A DNA stretch of 64,000 nt from Diplonema japonicum (lineage: Eukaryota; Protista; Euglenozoa: Diplonemea), in NCBI GenBank assembly GCA_964019335.1, contig OZ025663.1, positions 682,001 through 746,000 of the forward strand. The letters are read 5' to 3'. The notes beneath the pieces are model-generated. The model was not told the DNA's origin and did not search any database. It worked only from the letters and a program-made list of their open reading frames with translations. Made by a program: the position numbers and the translations under genes. Of this stretch, positions 10,706 through 24,423 are shown piece after piece (position 1 is the first letter of the stretch; every line of letters begins with the position of its first letter).

Positions 10706-12444
10706 ATGTCCAATCGTGACTCGGGTGAAGAAGATGATTTCTCGTTACAGCGAGCGCCCAAGCACAGGAAGGAACAATGGCAAGAACTGAGGAATAAAAA
10801 AGGAAGAAGTATGAAAGTAAACAGATTTGTCTTCACGCACACACAGAACGGGAGAAGTCACGCAGCTTAAACCAAGCAACCATGCTTGCGATATTTTTAG
10901 TTGCTTTGCTGGTGGGGTGGGTGTTTTACCACTTCGGGCTCCGGTATGGGACGGTAGAGGTCGTGCTGAACCATGATACGGTGGCTATCTCTGATGGCTT
11001 CGACACCCCGCAAGCGCAGCTTATCAAGGATTTAACACAAAAGGTGAGAACGTTGGAAAATGAGATTTCTGACAAAGAAGTATGTCATAAAATGCCAAAG
11101 CACTCTTTTATTAGCGGCACTCCGTGGACCCCCATATCAACACTGGCGTATTGCAGGCTGCTTTCAATGGTGATAAGCCCAGCCCACATCCCCCACCGCC
11201 CATCCGTGCTAGCGACCTGCCATCTGAGAAGTTGACTTACTCCCTTGAGAACATCAAAAGCCGCACGAAGAACAACACGATCATTTTATCCTTTTGTTCG
11301 ATCAAGTACATAGAGCCCATGGTGAACTGGGTGGGTCTTCTCACAAAGCACGACATTACCAACTACGGTATTGTGTGTCTGGACGAGGAGCTGCGCAGGT
11401 ATGCCTTTCTGCACCCTCACACGCGCTCTCAGTTGGCTGCACCAGCGTGGGAGCGAATGCAACTTCATCCTTACCGGTTGGAAACACGGTGTGTGGGACC
11501 CCGAAGAGTTAAACACTGAATGCTTGAACGGTGGCGTGGCGCCCCTGTTGGCCGGCCCCATGGCGCTAGCCAAATGCAAACAGTCGTGCGAGTACGACAT
11601 CGAGTGCAGGGCTATCAGCTACTATGGAAATGGTACATGTTCCAAATGCACGGTATGTAACACGTCAGCAGGGTAAACATAAACACAGGCGGGCTACACT
11701 ACAAGCAAGGTAATCGGAAGGGTTGAGGTCCACGTTAAGCGAACCACAACCACACTTTGGTATGCAGATCCGCATTGTGCATTGCTTTCGCAGGTACGCA
11801 AGATGGAAGCTCCTTGTGCGTCTCATCAATGCAGGAGTGCATGTGATGCTTGCGGACCTAGATGCTATCTTCTTGAGGAACCCCATTCCCTTCTTGAACA
11901 GCATGCCACCTGCGGATCTCATAGCGCAGAGAGGGTCGTTTCCAGGATGGTTGAGTGAGAAGTGGGGTGCTGCGTTGTGCATGGGGTTCGTGTTCTGGAG
12001 GTCGACAGAGGACACAAAGCGGTTCACGTTGCACATGCATAAGGTGATCAGCAAGACGGGAGACGACCAGATCGGTGTCAATGTGGCGCTGGACAATTTA
12101 GGGGTGCTGTGGGATGAGACGAGGGTCTCCTATGCAGACTCGACGACGGTGAGCATGGGGTCTACACCGCAAGGGCTGCGAGTGGCTCTGCTGCCGCACA
12201 CAGGTTTCCCACGACGGTGCGATGAGATACCTATTGACGCGTTTAAGAGCAACGTGTTCGTCGCGCATTGCTACGAATCAAAGAAGTCCGGTGAGGCAAA
12301 GAAAGCAAAGGCCAAAGACTACGGGCTTTGGGTGATTAAGGTATCCCTTTTAGAATGAAAATAAGAATATACTGACAGGACGATTGGCAGAGCATTCTGT
12401 ACAAAACATCGTTTGAAGCTTACATCCGCTCCATCACGATCTAG
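10706..12444 (+). CDS. Type II membrane nucleotide-diphospho-sugar transferase (GT77-like), 6 introns (10809-10846, 11080-11114, 11399-11432, 11653-11688, 11760-11793, 12340-12378)
   Basis: Single TM (MLAIFLVALLVGWVFY), coiled stem, NW..L, ADLDAIFLRNP (DxD), C.GF, DDQ. The exons join in frame to TAG at 12442-12444. Confidence 0.8.
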
Positions 12445-12517
12445 TGTGTGTCCCTGTCTTACACTGAGTCTTTGTTTGAGTTGCATGCCATGCTACCATC
12501 ACCACAGGACAGGCAAC

Positions 12518-15500
12518 ATGGCGGAGAGCCCCAGTAATACTATGCTGGAGGTCTTCAGTCTAATTGACGCGGATGGCAGCGGCACCATCACATTACTAGA
12601 AGCGTTGGCTTTTAACAAGTGTTTTCCCGATAGGAACAGGTTGTCCGAGGATAAACTGCGAGGTTTTTTTGATGACTACAAGAAGAAGAATGGCCAGGGT
12701 GCTATCGACAAAGATGGCTTCTTGCAGCTGGTGGAGATGATGCAGCGCGACTCACACCTGCACGCTGTGAAGATGAAGGAGATTTTCACCGACTACTGTT
12801 ACAAGCAGTTGTTCAATCTGGCAGACTTCGAGCACAACGGCACCATCACACCCGAGAGGATGGCTGATCTTGTTGATTCTCTGCACACAGAGCTCAGCCT
12901 GCCACGAAGAGAAGTCAATATTGGCAAGGTTCCTCTTACTGAAGACCAGTTTGTGCGGCACCTTTCCTCTGTCACTCACGGATTTCCTGTGTCGAGAGTG
13001 CTGTATGCATTCTCAGCGGGGCATAAAGGGCTGAAGCATCCAACCACTGCGTTTCGAGAGTTCTTCGAGTCAGGTGGAAACAAGCAGATCAGGTCCATAT
13101 CACGCCCCCCGGTGCGGGTCATCAGCGATAGGACTACCGTGACGCAGCCGTCGATTGCGCGGTGCAAGTCCAGCATCATGGCGGAGGTGTTCAGCTTAAT
13201 CGACGCAGATGGAAGTGGAGGCATTGCTATCTTGGAGGCACTGGCTTTTAACAAGTGCTTCCCAGAGGAGTGCAGAATCCCTGAGGGCACGCTGCGTGGG
13301 TTCTTCAAGGACTGTGATGCAGACAACAGCGGCAGCATCGACAGGGATGAGTTCCTGACCATGGTCCAGAAGATGCAGCACTACTCAGGTCTTCATCCGA
13401 CTCAGATGAAATTGACCTTTACAAACTACTGCTACAAGCAGCTCTTCAGGTTGGTGGACGAGGACGGTGGCGACACGATCTCACCGGACGAAGCAAGCAA
13501 GCTAGTCGACTCGTTGCGGTCGGAACTGAAGCTCCCCATTACCAGCAACGATCTGCTGAAGGTGCGCAAGGAGCTTGACATCAAGGATTCGTTGACGGAG
13601 GACCAATTCGCAAAGTTCCTCTCCGCTATCGTGAAGGACATACCAGTGTCACGGGTCCTTCACGCTTTTTCCTCAGCTCAGAAAGGCTCTCAGCAGCGTG
13701 CGAATGCAGCTTTTCAAGAGTTTTTCAAAACAGGTGGCCGTGCAAACTTCACACGCAAAGCTAAGCCCGCACCTATTCCGACATCGCCTGAGAAACCGAT
13801 ACTTAAGCCTCGTAGCCGTGCGTCCACTCAATTCAGGCTCATGGGTAACGAGCCTCAGAAGGAGTCGCCAGTTAAGCCCGGCCTTTCTCCTCTCGCCATT
13901 TCTCTTGATATTCCCTTGCCTTCACCTTCAGTGACCCCAGCACCTCCTCCTATGGCTACAAAGCCACCCACACCTTCCGTGCCTCTACCTGCCCCTCCCG
14001 TACAAAAGATACCAGCGCCTTCACCAGCAGCGCCACAGCCTGTCGCGGTGACAACACCAGCTGTGTTACCTCAACCCAGGGTGACGCAAGGGCTCCCAGC
14101 ACCTCATCTACCTGTGTCACAGTCTGCATCCGCTCCTGTGTCAGCACCTCGGGCGTTTGTTCCGGTCCCAGGGGCTCCAACATCTGGCCCATTGGTTCCC
14201 ACAACTTCAGCTGCCGTAGCACCCATTTCTTCAGAAATGCAAACCCCACCTAGCAGACCTGAGGTTGTTAAAGCACCACAAGTTGCTTCGCCACCGAAGA
14301 GCTTCGCATTGGTATGCCATGTTTAACTATCAGGTTTATAACTTCTACCACAGTCATCTGAAGAGCAGGACTTCCTGAGCATGCTGTCTCCTGCTGCAGG
14401 GAATGACGACGAGATAGACGATTTGTTCGGGAAGAAAGTTCTTACCCCCCGCAGCAGCATATCCCCTGGTGGCACAAAGGACATGCTGTGTGTCACACCG
14501 ATGAAGACGAAGCACACCCCCGGGGCGGTCACGCCTTCAACAAAATCATTCTCACCGCCTTCGCCTTACAACGAGTCCCCCGTCCCAGAGATGGTGGTAT
14601 GTCTTTCCGTAGTGTACTATTTAATTACAGTCCGCTGTGGTGCATGTGGTTCCTATGCCCAAGCTGAGAAGCAGCAGTGCTGTAGAGCGGGCATCAGCAT
14701 GGTTGAGGCAAGAGATGGAAAAATACGGCGAGGTCAAGGGCGTCATGGTTTCCCTTGTTGATGGCTTTGGAAGGGTTGTCTTAGGGAGCGCACGGCAAGC
14801 TTGCAGCGTGGTGACCGACAGCCAAGAGAAGAAGATTAAGTCGTACACCGGAAATAACTACCTCAAGGTTCGCATGCTGTCAGAGGTAGGCACTGCTGCA
14901 GAAGGAGCATTCGAAGAGACAGATGAGGTGTGCACACCTCCTGAGGTCAAGCTCAACCCTGTGATGGTGTCGCCCTTTTCCTCTAAGAGGCCTTCGGAGG
15001 GCATGAGGGAACCACTCGACATCTTGGCGCTGCCTACAACGGTTACTTTGAGAAGAGAGCGCGAGATGCAGGAGCTCGTTCACAACACACCCCAGAAGTC
15101 AAGTAAGATAGATGCATTGTCTTGCAGTAGCATAAGGAGAGAGAAAGCTGTGCGGTTCGAAGTCGAGCCCAGCATGGTTGAGGACCGTGGCATGGGTACG
15201 GGTATTAGGATGCTGTCGTGTCTGAAGCCTGTGGCAGTAGGGATCGACATGCTTGTGATGGCGTTAGACGGTGTGCCAAGGTCAACAAGGTCGGGTGGTA
15301 CTGCTTACGACCCGTCATATGTGCTGCCCCCTTGGTTCGAAGGGGGGAGGGACAGCATGCCGCCCCTGCCCCCAGGTGAGAGCCATGTCCCGCAGACCCT
15401 CCACACACCAACAAAGGTCGATGGGTCGCCTAGACTAGTACGCCGCCAGCCATCAGAGGAACTTATCTTGTCGCCTATGTCTCCAAAGGATTTGACTGAA

Positions 15501-16757
15501 GACACAGAGTTAGCGGTATCTGAGACGCAATCGAAGCCACCGTCTGAGCCAAGACCCGAGCCCTCAGCGGAGGGAGATCTTCCAGAAGAAGAGTACGTTT
15601 TGAAAACCGAAGAGCAAGAAGAGACCGAAACCCAAGCAGAAACACCTGTACTTGAGAGCGATCAGCCTGTTCCTGAAACCCCAAGTAAAGCGATTCCGAA
15701 GCCAGCATCAAGTGTCAGTGAAGCACTGAAAGCACTCTCCGCGAAGAGGCAAGAAGAAAAGCAGAACGTCCGCAAGAAGTTTGAGTTAGCAACAAGTAGT
15801 AACATCTTCGGCAGTATAGGTCCGAGTCTCTCCAGTAGCGAGTCGACACCTGCGGTACCTATCAAGGCGAAGCAGAGGAGGAGGCGCGCTATCTCTAAAG
15901 ATGTTAATGTAAGCAAGTTTGCAAGCGTGACACATCACAAGCCCGATAGCACTATGAAGCCCCCGACACTGCAGAGCCTGAAGGCGGCAACCATGAGAGC
16001 CTGCAGCGTAAATGTCAATGTGGCACACAAGCTGCCACCTGCTATCATAGGCCCTGTTCTGGCTCCAGTGTCAGCGATACTCAAAGAGCCTTGCCTCTCT
16101 GCATTGACAAACAGCAGGTATATGGATAAGGTATCCCCGCGCAGGCTCACTGCTTCACCACCAAAGGTTGCGCAGGAGATACGACATCCGCTACAAGAGC
16201 AGGCAGTGGTGAATGGGCAGACAGTTATAGAACGGCCTGAACAGCGAGAGGCTACTGAGAACATGGGAGACTCAGCTGAATGGGCGGCGACGGGAGTAGG
16301 TAGGTCAGCAAGTCACGAACAGGATTTTCCTATTACGCATGTAGGGCTCGATGGCGGATACGCCTTCACGTCTATCCCACACGACAATAAAACGGTGGAC
16401 TGGGATAGGGTGGCGCAGCTAGAGGCAGAGATCGACATTCAGAGCAGAAAACTCCATGAGCTAGCAGAGATACCTGACATCAGCAATGCTTCTTATGAGC
16501 AGGCGGCAGCTACATTGGAGCAGCAGAGCAAAGATGACCTCGAGAGGATGACTGACATCGTGCTTCAGAACCGCCACCGCGAAGTTACTAGAATGCAGGA
16601 GAACGATGTACTAGAGGAGGAGCTCTTTAGGATGAGAATGCGAAGGCAGAAGGAGGTCGACTTGTTTGCAGGGATCGCAGAGGCGAGGAGGCGGGTGACA
16701 CGAGACCAGAGCACTGCTGACTATGTCACGTCGCTGACTGGCATGTGTACCGAATAG
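12518..16757 (+). CDS. Large EF-hand protein (duplicated multi-EF-hand module, Pro-rich linker, long disordered/coiled C-terminus), introns 14312-14353 and 14597-14630
   Basis: EF loops DADGSGTI, DADGSGGI, DADNSGSIDRDEF, DEDGGDTI. ORFs 12413, 14381 and 14637 join in frame after splicing. Confidence 0.8.
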
Positions 16758-16840
16758 ACAATAACTTAGAGCCATGTTAGATCATGAGTTAGATTTCTTT
16801 TCTTGTTTCGCTTGTAGCACAAAACAGGGGTGGGTACAAA

Positions 16841-19722
16841 ATGGCGATGACGTCCAGGATAACCGAGAAGTTTACAAAGGAGATTCAGAAGAGAACAAGG
16901 AAGAGTGATGCGAAATACTTCACCTCGAAGAGGGGAGAGACCAGCGAGTTGAGGGACGACCTGAACAGCTCTGACAAAGACAGGCAGAAGGATGCAGTGA
17001 AAAAGATCATTGCAAACATGACCCTCGGCAGGGATGTCAGTTTCCTGTTCACAGACGTTGTTAAGCTGTCTCGCACCCCGAACATGGAGATCAAGAAGCT
17101 CGTGTACTTATACATCATGGCCAACGCGAAGTTGAACCCTGACGAAGCGATTCTGGCAGTAAACACTTTCGTTCTCGACTGCCAACATGACAACCCTACC
17201 GTGCGAGCGCTCGCCATCCGCACAATGCTGTGTGTGAGGGTAGAGAACATGACCGACCACTGTTGCCCTCCTCTGCGGACTACCTTGAACGACCAAAGTG
17301 ACTATGTCAGGAAGACGGCGGCATTGGGTGTCCTGAAGCTGTACCACACATCCCCTAAGCTCTGCGAGGAACAAGGCTTCTTCAACGACCTGCAGTCCCT
17401 TATAACCGACAGCATCCCGCTCGTTGTTGCGAACTCCGTTCTTGCGATTGGCGAGATCATGGACAACAGCAGCTTCTCCTTCCCTATCACGGGCGGCCTT
17501 GTCACGAAGCTCTTGAATGCCTTGTCGTCCTGCACCGACTGGGGCCAGGTCTACCTCCTCGACTTCATCGCACGCTACAAGGCAAAAGCCACTGAAGCGG
17601 AGTCCATCGTCGAGCGCACCATCCCTAGGTTGCAGCATGGCAACTACGCAGTCGTCCTTGCCGCTATTCGTTGCATCATACATAACCTAGAAGTGCTCAC
17701 AGAAGATCAGCGCCGCCCGTATTACTCTAAATTCACACCACCACTGGTGACTCTGATGTCGAGCCCTCCTGAAGTGCAGTACATCGCTCTGCGAAACATC
17801 CAAATCATCCTGCAGAAGTACCCGAACCTGTTCAGCTTAAAGGACGTGAGAGTGTTCTTCTGCAAGTACACCGACCCCATCTACGTCAAGCTCGAGAAGC
17901 TGAAGGTCCTGTTGAGGTTGTTTACGGACAAGAGCTCCGAGTCCATATTGAAGGAGTTTTGGGAGTACTGCCAGGAAGCTGACCCAGTTTTCGTGGCAAA
18001 AAGTGTAGAGGCGCTAGGGTCGTGTGCCGTGAGGCTTGAGAGGGTGGCACCAAGGGTTATCGATATTTTGAAAAAGCTTGCTGCCAATCCTGGAAGGCAG
18101 TTGATGCAGCCCGTGTTGTCGGCCATGAAGGACGTTCTTAGAAAGGTATGCAAAGACATGTAGCCATGCACGCCGCTCAGTACCCGCAACTGTACAACGA
18201 CATCCTGCCGCAGCTCTTTGAGCAGATCGACATCGAAATGCTCGAAGAAGAAGGCGCAAAGATATCCTTCATTTGGGCTTTAGGTGAATTCGGAGGGCAG
18301 CTGGAGGAGACGAAGGAGAGGCTGGAGTTCTTCACTGAGACTTTCAGGGAGCAGCCTGCCAACGTTCAGGTATACAGTTCTATCATTGCCACCGCACACA
18401 GCTCGCTGTTCTGACTGCCACTGTGAAGTTCTTCCTTCGCGCCAGTACAGAGAATGAAGGCCTGCTTAACGTATGCTGCTGAAAGGTGACACCATTCTAC
18501 AGGACGTGTTAGAAAAGGCGACAACCGAGGACAACCCCGACCTCAGGGACAGGGCATACATGTACTGGAGGATGCTCAGCAATGACTCACATGCCGCTAA
18601 GATGAGCGACTTCGTAATCGGGATGAAGCCGCCTATCAAGATTGACCGTGAGGACGACATTGACCCCAGCAGGCTCAGAGAGCTGCTGAATAGCCTCGAC
18701 AGCATTGCCTCTGTGTTCCACAAGCCGCCTTCCAGCTTCGTTCAGAAATACGGGTGGAACCCTACTGCTGTGGAGGACGACGAAGACGAGGACTCGATAG
18801 AAGATGAGAGCCCGACAAGTACCACACCCACAACTACCGCTGCCCAGCCTCTCCCAGTGGATGTGGCTGAGCAAGAACCAGAACCCGAAGCTGAGCCGGC
18901 GGCACGTCAGAACGATCTTGACTTCCTGTTCGGCGACAGCACGCCTGCAGCTACGACAAGCGCAGCACCTCCGCAGTCCTCGGGAGCTATGCTTGATGAC
19001 ATCTTCGGCGGCCCAACGACTACACCCACGCCTGCTCCCCGTGCGTGGCCCGTGCTCCTCGACCCCTCGGCCACAGGCGGGCTGTCTTTAAAGGGCGGCT
19101 TCGAGATCATCGCAGGGAAGATGAGGCTGCAGCTGGTATTCGGCAACACTTCTAGCGCCCCGTTGCACAGCTTCGCCATCCAGTTCAACACCAACATCCT
19201 TGGTGTGAAGAACGATACGCCTCTGGAGCTAGCTGCAGTGAACCCTGGGCAGGAGGTGTGTGCAAGTGTGCCCGTGTCGTTTGTGCAAGCACACGTGAAC
19301 GCTTCAAACTTCCCTACCATGATAGCTATGAGGAACAACATGAACGTGCCGTACTACTTGAAGTGCGAGCCGTGCCTGAAGGACTGCATGATGCCTCCTG
19401 CGGCGATGGCGAAGGATGCCTTCATGCAGCAGTGGAAGAGCACAATGCAACCTGTGGTGCACACGTTCAGCGGAGGGGCAAATGCAGCACAAGTGCTGAG
19501 CTCCAATGGGTTTGCCCTTGTTGGGAGCTACCAGCAGCAGAGCTTCTACTCGGGTAAGGTGGTTACTGGAGACACAATCCTTCTTGAGGTCACTGCCGGA
19601 CCGCAGCTCACGATTGCTGCAAAGGCGGAAAACATGTATGCTATTCTACCCTACTCATCACACTACACAGGGCGTACTGTGGGCCATGGCTGCAGCACCA
19701 GCTGGGCACCGTTCTGAACTGA
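16841..19722 (+). CDS. AP1B1: AP-1/AP-2 complex beta subunit (beta-adaptin), introns 18146-18180, 18370-18401, 18471-18502, 19636-19670
   Basis: DAVKKIIANMTLGRDVS.LF, EIKKLVYLY, NPTVRALAIRTM, DPIYVKLEKL, DNPDLRDRAYMYWRML, clathrin-box-like LDFLFGD/LDDIFG, appendage FAIQFNTN. Confidence 0.93.
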
Positions 19723-20337
19723 GAGCGTGGGATACAATAACATACAAAAAAGAAAAAAAGGAAAGTAAATAAAACAAAGTGTTTCTTCTTATGGTTTCGC
19801 CCCCCCTTTTTCCCCTTCTGTTCCTTGTGCCAATTGTAAGGGGATGCACGGCTGCGTTCTCTCACTAACCTTTTTTTTCTTTCCGTTATCTTTTCTTTTT
19901 CCTTTTCCAAAACGGCTTCTGCACGCTTTTTTTGAACTGTTACCTCTACGAATGCCCCCCCTCGGGGCCTCCTTATTCTCACAGCAAGACGGTCGACTAC
20001 CTCCACTCCACTAGCGTGTCCATGGAATGTAATAGAGCAGTCGTGTTTGATGGCGGCGAATCCCAATTAGTATTTCAAGTATCTCCTCCTTGTGCCTACG
20101 AAGTAGATGGGTGTGCCTCCATGTTCTTCTTCTTTTTTTCTTTTTTTTTTTCCCTGTTGCAATTTTAAATTATTATTTGGGAGTGTTTATTCCCCCGTAC
20201 CCGTACCCCGTTTCTTTTTTGTGCTTTTCTCTTCCTAACTTAAGATACCCCCCCCCCCCCATTTCTTTTTCTTATTGCTATTTTGTGTTTTCACCCTTCG
20301 TGTTCCATGGCACTTGCTAATGATACACAGAATGTAA

Positions 20338-20811
20338 ATGTTAGATGGAGAGTTCACGGAGAGAGAAGAGAAACTGAAGGAGAGGTTTTTGGAATTGGAA
20401 TATTTGGCGAAGGAGCAGGAGGATGCCTGGCAGTGGGTGAACGCGATTGACGAGGAAAGTGACACGGAAAAGCAGAATAGGAGGGAGAGGGAGATGGAGA
20501 ACAGAAGGAAAGGAGAGGAAAGGGTTGCGGAGAGAGAGGCCATACTTGAGATCTATGCACGGGCGAGCAAGAGGGTCTTCAGGCGGCTGAAGAACTTCCC
20601 AGAACCAGTACCCGGCTGCCATACTACCGAGACGGAAGAAGACGACGAGGACCCTCGGTACTATCAGCAGCACGAGGAGGACACAGAGGAAGTTTCCTCC
20701 CCACCGCTCCGCCCTGGCCGCCGTGGCACTCTCTCTTTCCCAAGCCGGTTCCGTCAAGCTTACCACACTGATACCATCCCCCACTCCCCCCACCCTCCAA
20801 CTCCCTTATAG
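20338..20811 (+). CDS. Hypothetical charged coiled-coil protein
   Basis: 157-aa Glu/Arg-rich ORF between pyrimidine-rich spacers, with coding-like purine bias. Confidence 0.55.
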   Translation: MLDGEFTEREEKLKERFLELEYLAKEQEDAWQWVNAIDEESDTEKQNRREREMENRRKGEERVAEREAILEIYARASKRVFRRLKNFPEPVPGCHTTETEEDDEDPRYYQQHEEDTEEVSSPPLRPGRRGTLSFPSRFRQAYHTDTIPHSPHPPTPL

Positions 20812-21002
20812 CCTGTCACATAGCTGTATCATTACAACTCCCTGGTGAACAACTGGTTTTATTGTCTTCATACCCCCCCCCATTTTTTTGTCCCATCTGT
20901 TGCTTATTCCCCTTATGTGTTTTTTAGTATTTGTGGTGTTTTTGGACATTATTATTTAACGTGCTCGCAGGCATCTAAAAGAAGAAAGAAAGGAAGTATT
21001 AA

Positions 21003-22903
21003 ATGGAACTCAAGATAGCGGAGTACAAAGCTGAAGGAAAGAAGTGCCTTGGTATCAACGACCCGCTGCGTGCGGCGGAGTGGTATGGGAAGGCTATCGA
21101 TCTGAAGGGCGATGATCATATTCTATTTGGGAACAGGGCGGAATGCTATCTGAGGCTGAGGAAGTGGGAGAAAGCACTGGAAGACAGTTTAAAGTCGATT
21201 GAACTAGAGAGCGAATGGGTGAAGGGGCCGTTCAGAGCGGGGCAGGCGCTGGCAGGGTTGGGCAGACACAAGGAAGCCTACGGCATGTTCATCAAGTGTA
21301 TGTGCAACAAGAAGGTGGACGTCAGCTCCGTTACGGACAAGTTGCAAGTCGTGGAGAAGGCTTGGAAGGTGGCGGAGACTGCGCTTCCCGTTCTTGGGAG
21401 GTCGCTCACCTCAAGCGATGGCTTTCTGCCCGGCGATGACGTCCTTTCTGAGCACCCTCTGATTAGCTGGTCCAATGACACCACGACCTACGACCCCAAG
21501 CTCCTCTCACTGTGCTCCGAACATGGTGTGTCCCCTGCAGCAGGCGCCATCGGTGTCCTCAGTGTGGCGTCCACCTTCACTGAGTACCAAGCTGCCTTCG
21601 TTGAAAACCTCTGCTCACCTGAGATCGACTTCACCTGCCCACTCACCATCTCCTGGATCAACCTTGCCTCGCACATCGCTGGGTCCCTCCCTTCCCTCTA
21701 CTCAGAGGACGCATACAGAACAGCCAAGCTCCTCCTCAGTGTCAAGTGCAACGCCCACCATTGCGTCCTGAAGGACGGTACCAAGGAGCGAGGAGGTATT
21801 TTCAGGCTTGCTTCCAAGCTTGCTCACTCGTGTTCTCCCAACCTTATTTACCAGTACAAGGACGACAAGGTGCGGTTCACCTCTTGCAGGCTGGTGACCA
21901 GTGGTGCGGTGCTTTCGTTCAGCTACAGGGGTGAGCTTGACTTTCTTGTGAAGTCGGCCAAGGAGAGGCAGTCCGAACTGCACGATGCTTTCTTGTTCTG
22001 GTGCGGCTGTGAGAGGTGCCAAGAGGCGGACCTCACCAGGGGCATGAGGTGCACGTCGTGCAAGGGGACAAGGTTCTGGGAAGGCGGGTACTCCGTGCCC
22101 ACGGCAGACGCCCCTAAGGGTGACAACTGGGTGTGTGACACGTGCGAGTCGCGGTGCTGTGACGAAGAGATGCCCCTGAAGGACGAGAAGGAGCTCGCGG
22201 ACTTACTGGAGTCTCTTGACACGGCACCGAAGGCGAACAAATACACGTCGCTGAAGAACGCTGTCCTTAAAGCAGAGCAGGTGCTGGGGACACGCCACTG
22301 GATCTATGGGTTGCTGTGCAAGAGGCTGACCCAGTACTTCAGGTCCATGCTGCAGGTGCATGAGGACAGCATTGCGACAGCGCAGCTTGCCGTGGCTTTC
22401 GGGTCACACTACCTACAGTTCCTGAGCAAGACAAGGGTCTACTTCCATGCGCCTTTGGTATGTTGTTGACGTCCCCTAACTTTGACAGGTCGCGTGCCAC
22501 TTCTGCGCCACCCTGGCATCCAGTCTCACGGCCGACAAGCTGAGCTCTGCCCCAGTGTACCAATCAGACAAGATTGTGACCTTCGAGGAGGTATGCACAG
22601 GGCGCACTCATCCCAACGACACCACAGGCGCGAAAGGATTTGCTGAAGTACAGTACGCCTTTGATGAAGGCTGTCTACGGTCAAGAGGATTCTGTTACCC
22701 AGAAGGTATCAAAGATTTTTCCTTTGTGTTTTTTTCACATTTCAAAACAGACGCTTGCAGTTTGGGAGTCCAGCATGGGAGCGGTCCCCGCAGCACCCCG
22801 GCACCCCCGTGACCCAGAGGGCCTCCTCCCCAGCCCCCCAGCGATCATAGGCCTCTTCGCGCAATGGGAGGCCGAGGTGGTGAAGCTTGCTTCGGGCAAC
22901 TAG
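21003..22903 (+). CDS. TPR + SET-domain (SMYD-like) lysine methyltransferase, introns 22458-22488, 22591-22627, 22706-22750
   Basis: N-terminal TPRs (LFGNRAECYLRL, WVKGPFRAGQAL), SET motif ASKLAHSCSPN, post-SET FWCGCERC. Confidence 0.82.
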
Positions 22904-23254
22904 GACCTTGCCGAGAGCTTTTGTAAAGGCTTTGGAAGGCTTTGGAGTAGATTTTCGAACGGGTTTGATCCCATTTCCACCCCCCCCCCCTTTTTTTAGT
23001 TTCACTCCTCAACTTCTCTCAGCTTAAGGAACGTAACTCTTGTTTTCTTCCCTTTTCCCCTGGCCTTTTCTTCTTTTTTGTGTGTCTTTTCGCCCTGTTC
23101 TTGTGCGTTCGTTAGACATTACGACTTGTTAGATTTAAAACTATTACCCCCCCACCACCACCAGTCCTATTATTTGGTTTTACTTTTCCTTTTTCCTCAA
23201 GCGAGGGAGAGGAAGAAAAAAAAAAAGGAGAAGAAAAAAAAGAAAGAAAATAAA

Positions 23255-24373
23255 ATGTCGAGCGAGGAGAAGGAGGTCCAGAGCCCTGCCGTCTTCATGA
23301 TGGCGGTGGCGCAGTTTTGTTTTTCGTCGGTGGGGATGATGGTGGGGAATAAGATGGCGATGGACTACCTTCGGGATACTGAGACGGGGCACGCCGTACC
23401 ATCCACACTGGTGGTGGTGCAGGTGTTGGGAACACTGGCGCTGCTTGCCTATTTCAGGCAGCACATCGACAAGGACAAGCTCAACCTGGAGTCTGCTAAG
23501 TCGTGGATCCCTATCTTTACGCTTTTCGCGGGCATGATTTACACGTCTGCAAAGACCTTTCAATACGTGCATGTGTCCTTTGTTATCATTGTCAGGAACG
23601 TTGGTGCAATTGTCACCACATGTATGCAATTCAAAAAAGAGAAAAAAAAGAGAGGGAAAAAAAAAAAAGAAAAAAAAAAAAAAACAGTCGTGGAGTACTT
23701 TGTCCGTAACACAACTGTCAATGCGCAGATTCTGATTGCGGAGATCGTCATTGGTACGAAGAGAAAAAAGAAAAAAAAAAGAAAAAAGAAAATACACTAC
23801 ACCACAGTATTCGGTACTGTTCTATACAGCCAAGAGGGGTCGCGGTACTTCAAGGACTTCTGGTCGGGCATCACGTGGTGCATGATGAACGTGGTGTGCC
23901 AGACGTTCTACGGTGTCACACTGAAGTGGAAGATGGACAACGACAGGAGCATTAAGGAAATGTCGAAGTATGGTAACGGGGGGAGAAGATGAAAAAGAGA
24001 AAACAAATATCAGATACACAATGTCGCTTTTCAACAACCTCCTTTGTCTCCCGTACCTGGTGGTAGTGGCCGGTGTGTCTGGCGAGCCGTGGTACTACAG
24101 TGAGATACTGCCGACGGTGCCTATGGCAGGGTGGTTTGTTATTCTGGTGACATGCATCATTGGCTTCATGATAAGCACGTCGGGGTTCGGGCTGCAGAAG
24201 CTTGTCTCTGCAACGACGTTCTTGGTGATCAACAATATGACGAAGATTCTGAACATTATTCTGGGCATTGTCTTTTTGAACGATAATCTCCCTGGTGCAA
24301 TTAGTGTGTTGGGGTGCTTCATCAGCTTGGCAGGTGGCTTCTGGTATTCGTACCAGACAATGCAGGTAGTGAA

Positions 24374-24423
<50 letters not shown>

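Noticed and set aside
24376-24421. Long poly(A) as a retroposon tail
   Set aside because: It lies inside a GT-AG intron with no element body or target-site duplication.
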